Below, in pieces: positions 50,802 through 58,740 of a stretch of DNA of 64,000 nt; within the stretch, counting starts at the first letter, position 1, and each line of letters begins with the position of its first letter. Source of the DNA: Candidatus Iainarchaeum sp. (lineage in GTDB: Archaea; Iainarchaeota; Iainarchaeia; Iainarchaeales; JAAZKV01). A program made the position numbers and the translations under genes. The notes under the pieces were generated by a model. It did no database searches and was not told the origin of the DNA. It saw only the letters and a list, made by a program, of their open reading frames with translations. Location of the stretch: contig JAPLVR010000003.1 of assembly GCA_026397015.1 (NCBI GenBank), forward strand, positions 224,001 through 288,000, written 5' to 3'.

Positions 50802-50823
50802 ATTTGAAAAACTGGTGAAAAAA

Positions 50824-51573
50824 ATGGAAGTAAAAAAAATATTTGAAGAAGGAAATATTTCAAAGTACCTTGTAAAGGGGACGACGCCCGCTTTCATGAA
50901 TACTTTGAGAAGAACAATAATGAACAACACTCCTTGCCTCGCCATCGATACCGTGAGAATCTACAACAACGATTCGGTAGTGGTAGATGAAATGCTGGTG
51001 AACAGATTGGGGCTATTGCCTCTAAAAACCGACATAAAGGGTTACAAAAAGGGAAACACTGTAAAACTCGTGCTTGACGCAACCGGGCCGAAAACGGTTA
51101 CAAGCAAGGACATAAAGTGCACGGACCCAAAAATAGAGGTTACGGACAAAAAGATTCCAATAACCAAGCTCGGAAAGGAGCAAAAATTGAAATTGGAAAT
51201 GACTGCGATAATGGGCACAGGGTATGAACACGTAAAATTCCAGCCGGCAATTGTTTCTTACAACGAGGTTCCAACAATAAACAATGAAAAGGCATATTCG
51301 AACACGAAAGAACTTATTGACGCGGCACCGAAAGGCCTTATCGAAGCAAAAGCTGGAAAATTATTCCTCCTCGACCCCTACAATATAAAATTTGCGACGC
51401 AACAGGAAGACCTGCTTGCAAAGCACGGAGTAGAACTCGAATATATTGAAGACGAATTCGTGCTCACAATAGAAAACAACGGGCAGTTAGACCCCAAGGA
51501 AATAATTGAACTTGCGACGGATTCGCTGGCTGAAAAGCTGGAAGAATTCGGGAAAGAAATAAAAAAAATATGA
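50824..51573 (+). CDS. rpoD: RNA polymerase subunit Rpo3 (D)
   Basis: NTLRR, N.SV..DE.L..RLGLLPL, GP..V...DI, G.G.EH.KF.P. Confidence 0.95.
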   Translation: MEVKKIFEEGNISKYLVKGTTPAFMNTLRRTIMNNTPCLAIDTVRIYNNDSVVVDEMLVNRLGLLPLKTDIKGYKKGNTVKLVLDATGPKTVTSKDIKCTDPKIEVTDKKIPITKLGKEQKLKLEMTAIMGTGYEHVKFQPAIVSYNEVPTINNEKAYSNTKELIDAAPKGLIEAKAGKLFLLDPYNIKFATQQEDLLAKHGVELEYIEDEFVLTIENNGQLDPKEIIELATDSLAEKLEEFGKEIKKI

Positions 51574-51613
51574 TGCAAAGCATCATAAAACCCGAGCATA
51601 GAACATTTATGCG

Positions 51614-51829
51614 GCAGGGGTTCCCGAGCGGTCAAAGGGGCAGGACTTAAGCAGCCTTTTTAAAAAAAAGGCTGGCGAAAAAAAGCTAGCGCGGCAGCCT
51701 TTTAAAAAAAAGGTCGTGATGAATTAAACTCATCACGCTTCGCAAAAGCTTTGCTTTTGCTTAATGGAGAAAAGGTTTGAGTAATCCTGTGGCTTAGTGC
51801 CTTCAAGAGTTCGAATCTCTTCCCCTGCA
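51614..51829 (+). tRNA. tRNA-Leu(UAA) with a 132-nt intron at position 37/38 (intron 51652-51783)
   Basis: Acceptor GCAGGGG/CCCCTGC + A; D-arm; anticodon arm CAGGA-CT-TAA-G|A-TCCTG; long variable arm; AAGAG-TTCGAAT-CTCTT T-arm. Canonical BHB: CTTA/TGAG central helix, AG|C and TA|A bulges, outer helix AGCCTTTT/AAAAGGTT. Usual position after rpoD. Confidence 0.95.
51652..51745 (-). repeat. Inverted composite REP-like element inside the tRNA-Leu intron
   Basis: Reverse complement reads TTGCGAAGCGTGA...TCACGACCTTTTTTTTAAAAGG...TTTTTTTCGCCAGCCTTTTTTTTAAAAAGGCTG, collinear with 21679-21784. Confidence 0.8.
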
Positions 51830-51894
51830 TAGGGTCAAGAAAAAAAATAAGAAAATCGAATTTAATAATTAATTAAGATAGAAAGTGAAAAAAA

Positions 51895-52245
51895 ATGACA
51901 AAAAAATTGGAAACGGTAAAGCTGATTGCGGCGCTCGAAAAGAAAGGCCGCAAGACCAAGAAAAAATTATGGAAGGACCTTGCGGAAAGGCTCGGAAGCC
52001 CGAGAAGAAATGAGGCTGTTATAAATGTCGGAAAAATAAACGCAATCGCGAAAAAACAAAAAGGAAAAACAATAATTGTTCCCGGAAAGGTTCTTGGAAA
52101 AGGAGACCTTGAAGAAAAGGTGACTGTTGTGGCGGTTGAAGCGTCGGCGGAAGCGGCAAAAAAAATCGCGGAAAAGGGAAAATTTATTTTGTTAAAGGAT
52201 TACATTGAAAAAGGGGAAACAAAAAACACTGTAATTGTAAAATAA
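51895..52245 (+). CDS. rpl18e: Ribosomal protein eL18
   Basis: LW..LAERL..PRR...INVGKI, VPGKVLG.G. Confidence 0.95.
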   Translation: MTKKLETVKLIAALEKKGRKTKKKLWKDLAERLGSPRRNEAVINVGKINAIAKKQKGKTIIVPGKVLGKGDLEEKVTVVAVEASAEAAKKIAEKGKFILLKDYIEKGETKNTVIVK

Positions 52246-52296
52246 AATGCGAACAAAAAATTTATTTGGAATGAATAAAAAAATTAAAAAAAGGTA

Positions 52297-52722
52297 ATGG
52301 GAATGTTGGTTGATGCAAACGGAAGGATTGCGGGAAGGCTTTCCACAAGAATAGCGAAAGCGCTGATAAACGGCGAGAAGGTAATACTGATTAATGCGGA
52401 AGGAGCGTTAATAATTGGAACAAAAGAGGACATCTTGGAAAAGTTCAGGAGAAAAATCGATGCAAGCGTGAAATCAAACCCTGACTACGGCCCGAAATAC
52501 GACAGGATTCCGAGCAGGATGCTGAAGAAAATGGTGAAGGGAATGCTGCCGAACAAAAGCAGAACCGTTGAAAGATTGCTGAAAAATTTGAAGGTTTATA
52601 ATGCCGTGCCGAAAGAAATGAAGGACAAAAAATTTGACGATGTCGGAGCGGAAAAATATGACGAAAGGCATGATTTCATGACTCTTAAAGAAATTGCATG
52701 CATGTTCGGTGGAAGATGGTAA
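52297..52722 (+). CDS. rpl13: Ribosomal protein uL13
   Basis: DA.G.I.GRL.T.IAK.L..GE.V..INAE, GP...R.P, VKGMLP. Confidence 0.95.
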   Translation: MGMLVDANGRIAGRLSTRIAKALINGEKVILINAEGALIIGTKEDILEKFRRKIDASVKSNPDYGPKYDRIPSRMLKKMVKGMLPNKSRTVERLLKNLKVYNAVPKEMKDKKFDDVGAEKYDERHDFMTLKEIACMFGGRW

Positions 52723-53276
52723 AAATGGAAGAAGCGGTAAAGATGGAAGAAAAGAAAATCGTTGAAAGCGCAGGGGTGCCAGTGGGCGTGTTGATCGGGG
52801 CGCCTGTTGAAGAAACTATGGACATTGATGATTTAGACGAAGTAATTGACGTGAAAAAAAAGGTCAAGGCTGCTTCAAAGAGGGCCGGAATGATTGTTAA
52901 GGCAAAGAAAAAAACAGCCGTTGCAAGGGGGGTAATAAAAAAAGGAACCGGAAAAATAAAGGTAAACAAGATGAATCTGAAAGCATATGCGATGGGTTAT
53001 GTGCTTGAATTTATTTCGGAGCCCCTGAAGCTTGCGAAAGACGATTTTAAGGATTATGACATCACAATAACAGTAAAGGGTTCGGGATTCATGAGTCAGG
53101 CAGTTGCGATAAGGGCTTGCATAGCAAAGGCAATCGTGAGGGCGAAGGGCAAAAAATACAAGGAAATATTCAACAATTTCGACAGAATGCTTCTTGTTGA
53201 CGATGTGAGAAAGGTTGAGAGCAAAAAGCCGCTTGGAAGAAAAGCGAGGAAAAAGTGGCAGCACAGCAAAAGGTAA
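52716..53276 (+). CDS. rps9: Ribosomal protein uS9 with an N-terminal extension
   Basis: KKTAVAR, G.G...QA.A.R..IA, DR.LLV.D.R..E.KK..G..AR...Q.S.R. Start uncertain. Confidence 0.95.
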   Translation: MVKMEEAVKMEEKKIVESAGVPVGVLIGAPVEETMDIDDLDEVIDVKKKVKAASKRAGMIVKAKKKTAVARGVIKKGTGKIKVNKMNLKAYAMGYVLEFISEPLKLAKDDFKDYDITITVKGSGFMSQAVAIRACIAKAIVRAKGKKYKEIFNNFDRMLLVDDVRKVESKKPLGRKARKKWQHSKR

Positions 53277-53335
53277 ATGGTGTTTTGGAAAATTGTGCGT
53301 TATTGGAAAAATTTGTTTTTTGAGGTGTTGGTTGG

Positions 53336-53530
53336 ATGATAATGCCGGTAAGATGTTTTTCATGCGGAAAACCCGTTGCGGGATTTTATGAGGAATTCAA
53401 AGAAAGAACTGAAAAAGGGGAAAGCCCTGAAAAAGTTCTTGACGATTTAAAGGTGAAAAGATATTGCTGCAGAAGGATGCTTCTGGGGCACGCGGACCTC
53501 ATTGACGAAGTAATGAAATACAAAAAATAA
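53336..53530 (+). CDS. rpoN: RNA polymerase subunit Rpo10 (N)
   Basis: [16 protein letters not shown]. Confidence 0.97.
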   Translation: MIMPVRCFSCGKPVAGFYEEFKERTEKGESPEKVLDDLKVKRYCCRRMLLGHADLIDEVMKYKK

Positions 53531-53548
53531 GGAAAAACGTGAAAATGC

Positions 53549-54355
53549 ATGAAAAGAAAAACGGAAGAAGCGATTGAAAAGGAAAATTTGCGAAGGCGCG
53601 AGAGGGCAAAGGCGGAAGCAAATGCCAACCCCGACGGGGAAGAAGCGATTAAAGAAGTGGATGAGGTGATCGTTGGAACGGCAAGCAATCTGTTGGCAGA
53701 AACAGAAAAATATTTGAAGAGCGGAGTTCACATAGGCACGAAATTCAAAAGCGATGAGATGAAGAGGTACATAAGGAAAAAAAGAAGCGACGGCCTGATG
53801 ATGTTTGACATCGAAACAATCGATAAGAGAATAAGAATGGTTGGAAAAATACTTGCAAAGTACAGGGGAGAAGAAATTGCAGTTGTTTCAAGAAGGCTTT
53901 ACGGGCACAAAGCGCTGAAAAAGTTTGCCGCGATGACGGGCGCAAAAATATTCATTTCAAGGTTCATTCCGGGCACATTTACCAATCCGAATTCACGCGG
54001 ATTCTTTGAACCGAAAATAATTATGGTTTGCGACCCGATGAGCGATTTCCAGGCGGTAAAGGAAGCTGCTTCAATAAGAATCCCTATAATAGCGATTGCA
54101 GGAAGCGAATCGCCGCTTAAAAATGTCGATTTGATAATAGCCGCAAACAACAAGGGAAGAAAATCTTTGGCATTAATATTCTACCTGATTACACGGGAAA
54201 TCCTGGCCGAGAGGGGGGAAATTTCAAGAGAAAATTTTAAGGAAAAAATAGAGGATTTCGAGCAGGAAGTGGAGGAAAAAAAACTCGAAGAGGCCAAGAA
54301 AAAATTTACAACAAGGCGCTTCAGCAGGGGCGGCTTTAGGCGCCAAAACCGATAA
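53549..54355 (+). CDS. rps2: Ribosomal protein uS2
   Basis: YLKSGVHIGTK, RFIPGTFTNP, NNKGRKSLA. Confidence 0.97.
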   Translation: MKRKTEEAIEKENLRRRERAKAEANANPDGEEAIKEVDEVIVGTASNLLAETEKYLKSGVHIGTKFKSDEMKRYIRKKRSDGLMMFDIETIDKRIRMVGKILAKYRGEEIAVVSRRLYGHKALKKFAAMTGAKIFISRFIPGTFTNPNSRGFFEPKIIMVCDPMSDFQAVKEAASIRIPIIAIAGSESPLKNVDLIIAANNKGRKSLALIFYLITREILAERGEISRENFKEKIEDFEQEVEEKKLEEAKKKFTTRRFSRGGFRRQNR

Positions 54356-54416
54356 AAGAAGTGGTTAAAACCGCTTTAAATCACTCTTTAACATGCCCAA
54401 ATTGTTTGTGAAGGAA

Positions 54417-54466
54417 TACTACCGAGAGTAAGTTTATAAACCAATTAAGCTCCCTATATATAGGGA
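54417..54466 (+). promoter_or_regulatory. Promoter of the TrmB-family gene with two palindromes
   Basis: TACT-N6-AGTA (54417-54430), TTTATAAA TATA box (54433-54440), perfect 16-bp palindrome TCCCTATATATAGGGA (54451-54466). Confidence 0.6.
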
Positions 54467-54488
54467 ATAAGTGAATACAGTGGGCGAT

Positions 54489-55229
54489 ATGGGCGAAACT
54501 GATCCGAACACTCTGCTGGAGAAGCTCGGGCTTACGGAATACGAGGCAAGGACTGTAAGCACGCTATTCAAGCTTAAGGAAGCGGAAGCGCCGGCTATTT
54601 CAAGAAGCGCACAGGTTCCAAAAACCAGGGTTTACGATGTCTTGGAAAAACTTATTGAAAGAAATATTATAATCGAAATAAAGGGCAGGCCAAAACTTTA
54701 CAGAATCATTGAACCGGAAAAAGCAATCGATTCGCTGATAACTGCAAAAAAGGAACAATTGAGAGAACTTGAAAAAGACGCCGTTTCCTTGAAAGAAAGC
54801 ATCATTACCTATCCGGACAAAGACGAATTCGGGGAAAAAATGATGAAGGTCAAGGACAAACAGGACTTCGAAAAAATATTGGGGCAGGAACTTTCAAAAG
54901 CGAACAAAACCATACAAGGACTTACGGAAATCACTGATGACCACGACATAATATACGAAGAGCTGGTGAAAGCGAAAAAAAGAAATGTTACAATAAAACT
55001 CTTGAACGCATACCAGTCAAAGAGGCTTAAGGACTGCTGTAAAGTCAGGCATCTTGAACACGGGCTTAATGCATTTATAATCGACGGAAAAAAAGTCGTG
55101 CTTGCAATTTCGGATTTCAAAAAGTCGAAGCCGGCGTACCATTTCACAATCCTGAACGACCATCAGCCGGTGGCAAACGCGCTCTCGCATTATTTCAACG
55201 CGCAATGGGAAAGCGGAAAAGAATACTGA
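54489..55229 (+). CDS. TrmB-family transcriptional regulator
   Basis: LGLTEYEA, IS..AQVPKTRVYDVL..L, GRP..Y; C-terminal PLD-like domain (IIDGK.V). Confidence 0.92.
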   Translation: MGETDPNTLLEKLGLTEYEARTVSTLFKLKEAEAPAISRSAQVPKTRVYDVLEKLIERNIIIEIKGRPKLYRIIEPEKAIDSLITAKKEQLRELEKDAVSLKESIITYPDKDEFGEKMMKVKDKQDFEKILGQELSKANKTIQGLTEITDDHDIIYEELVKAKKRNVTIKLLNAYQSKRLKDCCKVRHLEHGLNAFIIDGKKVVLAISDFKKSKPAYHFTILNDHQPVANALSHYFNAQWESGKEY

Positions 55230-55351
55230 TTTTCATTTCGACTTCCAAGCTCGCCGACACAAAAGAATAAAATAACTCCCCCACTTCCTTCTTTTAAGGG
55301 TACAAATCCCAATAACGCTTGGGCGCTGCAAACCCGGAAGCGGTGCGGAAG

Positions 55352-57019
55352 ATGGAAAAAGTAAGGGCAATGGCGCTGAAGTACGCCATCAAGAACGCCT
55401 ATTCCCATGGGGGAAAGGCGGATGTCGGCGCGGTAATAGGAAAAATGAAGGCGCTTTTCCCCGACCTTGATATTGCGAAAGCTATGCCTCACATAAGCGG
55501 AGCGGTGAAAGAGGCAAACGAAATGAAAAAAGAACAGCTCGAAAAAAAGTTTTTGGAGTTTGAAAAAGAAGGGTGGGAGCTAAAACACGTTGAAAAGGAA
55601 AAAACGCTTCCCGAATTAGAGTGGATCGGAAAAGAAAAATTGGTCACAAGGGTTGCGCCGAACCCGAGCGGAGCGATGCACCTCGGCCATGCAAGGCCGG
55701 CAATTCTAACGGATGAATATGTGAAAAAGTACGGCGGAAAATATATTCTCAGGTTTGATGACACCGACCCGAAAATAAAGGTGCCTGTCGCGGGAATCGA
55801 AAAAGAGTTTTTGGGGGAATTTAGGTGGCTGGGAATAAAAATTGATGAAACTGCGAATGCGTCCGACAACTTGAAAGAATATTACAATGTTGTCGAAGAG
55901 CTAATCAAAAAAGGAAAAGCCTATGTCTGTTTTTGCGAAGCTGAAGAATGGAGAAAACTAATCTCAAAATCAAAGGAATGCCCCTGCAGAAAAAAGGATG
56001 AAAAGGAACAGATGGAAGAATGGAAGAAAATGCTAACGCACGAAATCAAAGAAGGCGAAGCCGTTGTAAGGATAAAAACTGACTTGAAAAACAAGGACCC
56101 GAGCGTAAGGGACTGGTGGCTGGCAAAAGTTGTTGATGCGGTGGAGCATCCGAACAGGGAAGCCGCGAAAATGCACGTGTGGCCGAGCTACAACCTTGCA
56201 TCCTCGGTTGACGACCATCGGATGGAAATAAATTTCATAATAAGGGGGCAGGAGCACGCGCAAAATGAAACAAAACAACGCTACTTATACGAATACATGA
56301 AATGGAAGTATCCTCACGCGCTCTACCACGGGAAGCTCGCGAAGGTCGGGGACATGCTCTTGAGCAAGAGCAAAATAAGCGAACTGATGAAAAAAGGGAG
56401 CATCACTTCGGATGACGACCCGCGGCTGGCAACGCTAAAAGCGTTAAGGAGAAGGGGTTTTACCCCGCAGGCGATTAGGAAAATAATTGTTGATATGGGC
56501 GTGAATCCGAGCGAGGCGAAGGTTTCGATGGAAAACTTTGCGGCGGCAAACAAATCTGTGCTCGGGAATGTTGCAGAATTTCCTTTTTTTGAAGAAGCGG
56601 TTGAAGTAGAAGCGTATAACGTTGGGAACGGCGCAGGGGAATGCTACGGAGAAAAAATCGAATTTGAGGGGCCAATTGAAAAATTTTTGGTGGACAAAAA
56701 GGAACTGAAAAGGCACAAAGCCGGAGAAATTATCAGGTTCAAGAAGGCTTTCAATGTTAAGCTGGACGAGGTTTCGGAATATGGAGGAAAAGCAACATTC
56801 TCTTCCTACTCAAAAGCGGATGCGAATTATCCAATCGTTTCATGGCTTGAGAACCAGGTTGATGTTGAACTTTTAATGAGCGATGGAACTAAGAAAATGG
56901 GTTTCACTGCGCCGAGCATTTTGGAAGCGAGTGGAGTAATCCACTTTGAAGGCGTAGGGTACGCGAATATTGAAGCGAAATCGGAAGGAATGGTTAAGTG
57001 CGTTTTTAGTTACGAATAA
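55352..57019 (+). CDS. gltX: Glutamyl-tRNA synthetase (archaeal type)
   Basis: R.APNPSG..HLGH, LRFDDTDP, P.YN....DDH, IRG.EH, LSKS, DDPRL.TL....RRG. Confidence 0.96.
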   Translation: MEKVRAMALKYAIKNAYSHGGKADVGAVIGKMKALFPDLDIAKAMPHISGAVKEANEMKKEQLEKKFLEFEKEGWELKHVEKEKTLPELEWIGKEKLVTRVAPNPSGAMHLGHARPAILTDEYVKKYGGKYILRFDDTDPKIKVPVAGIEKEFLGEFRWLGIKIDETANASDNLKEYYNVVEELIKKGKAYVCFCEAEEWRKLISKSKECPCRKKDEKEQMEEWKKMLTHEIKEGEAVVRIKTDLKNKDPSVRDWWLAKVVDAVEHPNREAAKMHVWPSYNLASSVDDHRMEINFIIRGQEHAQNETKQRYLYEYMKWKYPHALYHGKLAKVGDMLLSKSKISELMKKGSITSDDDPRLATLKALRRRGFTPQAIRKIIVDMGVNPSEAKVSMENFAAANKSVLGNVAEFPFFEEAVEVEAYNVGNGAGECYGEKIEFEGPIEKFLVDKKELKRHKAGEIIRFKKAFNVKLDEVSEYGGKATFSSYSKADANYPIVSWLENQVDVELLMSDGTKKMGFTAPSILEASGVIHFEGVGYANIEAKSEGMVKCVFSYE

Positions 57020-57135
57020 TAAAAATATCTCAGAGTTTTTTGAACAGGGAATATAAAACTGCACAAATTTAATTAAAGTTTAAAAAATTTTTTCAAATAG
57101 AATATTCTAAATCCATAAATCGGTGTGAATAATAA

Positions 57136-57558
57136 ATGCAAACCGCCTATAAAGTACACAAATTAATTAATCGCGAACGGAAAAAGCGTGGTTTGCATCA
57201 TTTGCAATGGGATAGGAGGCTTGCAAAATTAGCCTTCAGACAAGCCAAATATTGTTCCAAAGTTCATCGGCTAGTACATTCTAAACGCTATGCTTTTCAG
57301 GGGGGAGAGAATCTAGCACTGGGCGGGAGACATTTTAATCCAAAGGCCATTGTAACTTGTTGGATGCATAGTAAAGCTGGCCATAGAGAGTATCTATTAA
57401 GTCCTCGAGCAACAAAGGCTGGCGTGGGAGTAGTAAAATCCCGCAAAAAGACGTATGTAGCATGGGCGTTTAGTGATGAATTCACTATCGAGTCCTTACA
57501 CATTCCAAGAAAAATTAGAAAACTAATTCAGGGATTCGCAACTTTTCTTAATAGATAA
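57136..57558 (+). CDS. CAP (SCP/PR-1) domain protein, probably acquired horizontally
   Basis: IN.ER...GL..L.WD..L...A, H, GENLA, WM.S.AGHR..LL, GVG; AT-richer codon choice than its neighbours. Confidence 0.88.
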   Translation: MQTAYKVHKLINRERKKRGLHHLQWDRRLAKLAFRQAKYCSKVHRLVHSKRYAFQGGENLALGGRHFNPKAIVTCWMHSKAGHREYLLSPRATKAGVGVVKSRKKTYVAWAFSDEFTIESLHIPRKIRKLIQGFATFLNR

Positions 57559-57634
57559 ATAATAAAAAAACTCTTTTTTTGGAACAGGTGCTCCGCTTTT
57601 TAAAACTTTCTGGGGCAAGGGTTTACTGCAGAAT

Positions 57635-57770
57635 GGCTAGTTTCTGCCAATGAAACTGATGTCAAAGCAGTTGATTGTGCCGAACGAATGTGAGGCAAGC
57701 TGTATCGAGCCCAAAGGCGAAGATACTGCCCGCATGTCAACTGGGCGCGACAGTTGAAGTGGAGGTGTTT
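57635..57770 (+). promoter_or_regulatory. Structured 5' UTR of rpl7ae with candidate kink-turn/K-loop motifs
   Basis: TTTTTAAA TATA at ~57597-57604; TGCC-GAAC-GA-ATGT-GA-GGCA (57678-57697); GTATC-GA-GCC-CAAA-GGC-GAA-GATAC (57702-57726); GGAGGTG SD. Confidence 0.6.
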
Positions 57771-57772
57771 TA

Positions 57773-58132
57773 ATGGCGGGATATGTAAAGGTTGAGCTTA
57801 CAGCGGAGCTTAAAAAAGAAGTCGCTGACCTTTTGGACAAATCAAAGAAGGGAAAAATAAAAGCGGGAATCAACGAAGTGACTAAGGCAATTGAGAGGGG
57901 TAACGCGAAATTCGTGGTAATAGCGGAGGACGTAAGCCCTGCGGAAATAGTAATGCACTTGCCTTTGCTTTGCAACGAAAAGCAGGTTCCGTGCGCGTAC
58001 ATTGCAACCAAGAAAGAACTCGGAGAAAAATCGGGCATGAATGTGCCGACTTCTTCAGTTGCGATAATAAAATCGCCTGTTGAAAAGGAGCTCCAGAATC
58101 TTGGAAGCAAAATCGCGGAGCTGAAGAAGTAA
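57773..58132 (+). CDS. rpl7ae: Ribosomal protein eL8 (L7Ae)
   Basis: G.NEVTKAIERG.AK.VVIAEDV.P.EIV.HLPLLC.EK. Confidence 0.97.
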   Translation: MAGYVKVELTAELKKEVADLLDKSKKGKIKAGINEVTKAIERGNAKFVVIAEDVSPAEIVMHLPLLCNEKQVPCAYIATKKELGEKSGMNVPTSSVAIIKSPVEKELQNLGSKIAELKK

Positions 58133-58155
58133 ACTTTGCGGAAGGGGAATAAAAA

Positions 58156-58362
58156 ATGGAAGATGAAAGGGGAACTCCTGCAGAGGTAGTTGAAATAGTA
58201 AAGAGAACCGGCGTTCACGGAGAGGTAACGCAGCTTCTGTGCAAAATACTTGAGGGACCGGAACAGGGAAGGGTAAAACGAAGGAACATCAAGGGGTTGG
58301 TGCAGAAGGGCGACATATTAATCCTGCTGAACACGGAAAGGGAAGCAAAAGAAATCAAGTAG
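58156..58362 (+). CDS. rps28e: Ribosomal protein eS28
   Basis: PAEV.EI..RTG..GEVTQ, RN.KG.V..GDIL.L..TEREA. Confidence 0.96.
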   Translation: MEDERGTPAEVVEIVKRTGVHGEVTQLLCKILEGPEQGRVKRRNIKGLVQKGDILILLNTEREAKEIK

Positions 58363-58371
58363 GTGATATGA

Positions 58372-58620
58372 ATGGTGAAATGCGCATTTTGCGGCGAGGA
58401 TTTGCCGCTCGGCGGGGGAAAAATGTACGTCAAAAAAGAAGGGGCGGTTTTTTACTTCTGCTCGAGCAAGTGCGAAAAAAACCAAATCGGCTTGGGAAGA
58501 AAACCTGCAAAAACCGATTGGACGGAAGAGCACTACAAGTTGAAAAAAATTTCCGCACCTGAAAGAAAGCAGGCAAAGGAAGAAGGCGGCGGGAAAAAAA
58601 AAGATGAAAATGTTGTCTGA
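58372..58620 (+). CDS. rpl24e: Ribosomal protein eL24
   Basis: C.FCG...G.GKMYV, FCSSKCEKN, R.P....WT. Confidence 0.96.
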   Translation: MVKCAFCGEDLPLGGGKMYVKKEGAVFYFCSSKCEKNQIGLGRKPAKTDWTEEHYKLKKISAPERKQAKEEGGGKKKDENVV

Positions 58621-58740
58621 ATCCGGAAATTTTTTTCAAATAAAAAATTAAAAAATCGCCTAAAAAGAAGCGATAAGAAAAATGAAAAGCGGTGAAAGGA
58701 AATAGCTGTGAGAGTAATTGCAAAAACGGTTGTGATTGAA

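Noticed and set aside
51716-51722. Box C-like GTGATGA in the tRNA intron, suggesting an intron-encoded C/D guide RNA
   Set aside because: There is no CTGA box D in the intron, and the motif is fully paired with TCATCAC as part of the repeat hairpin.
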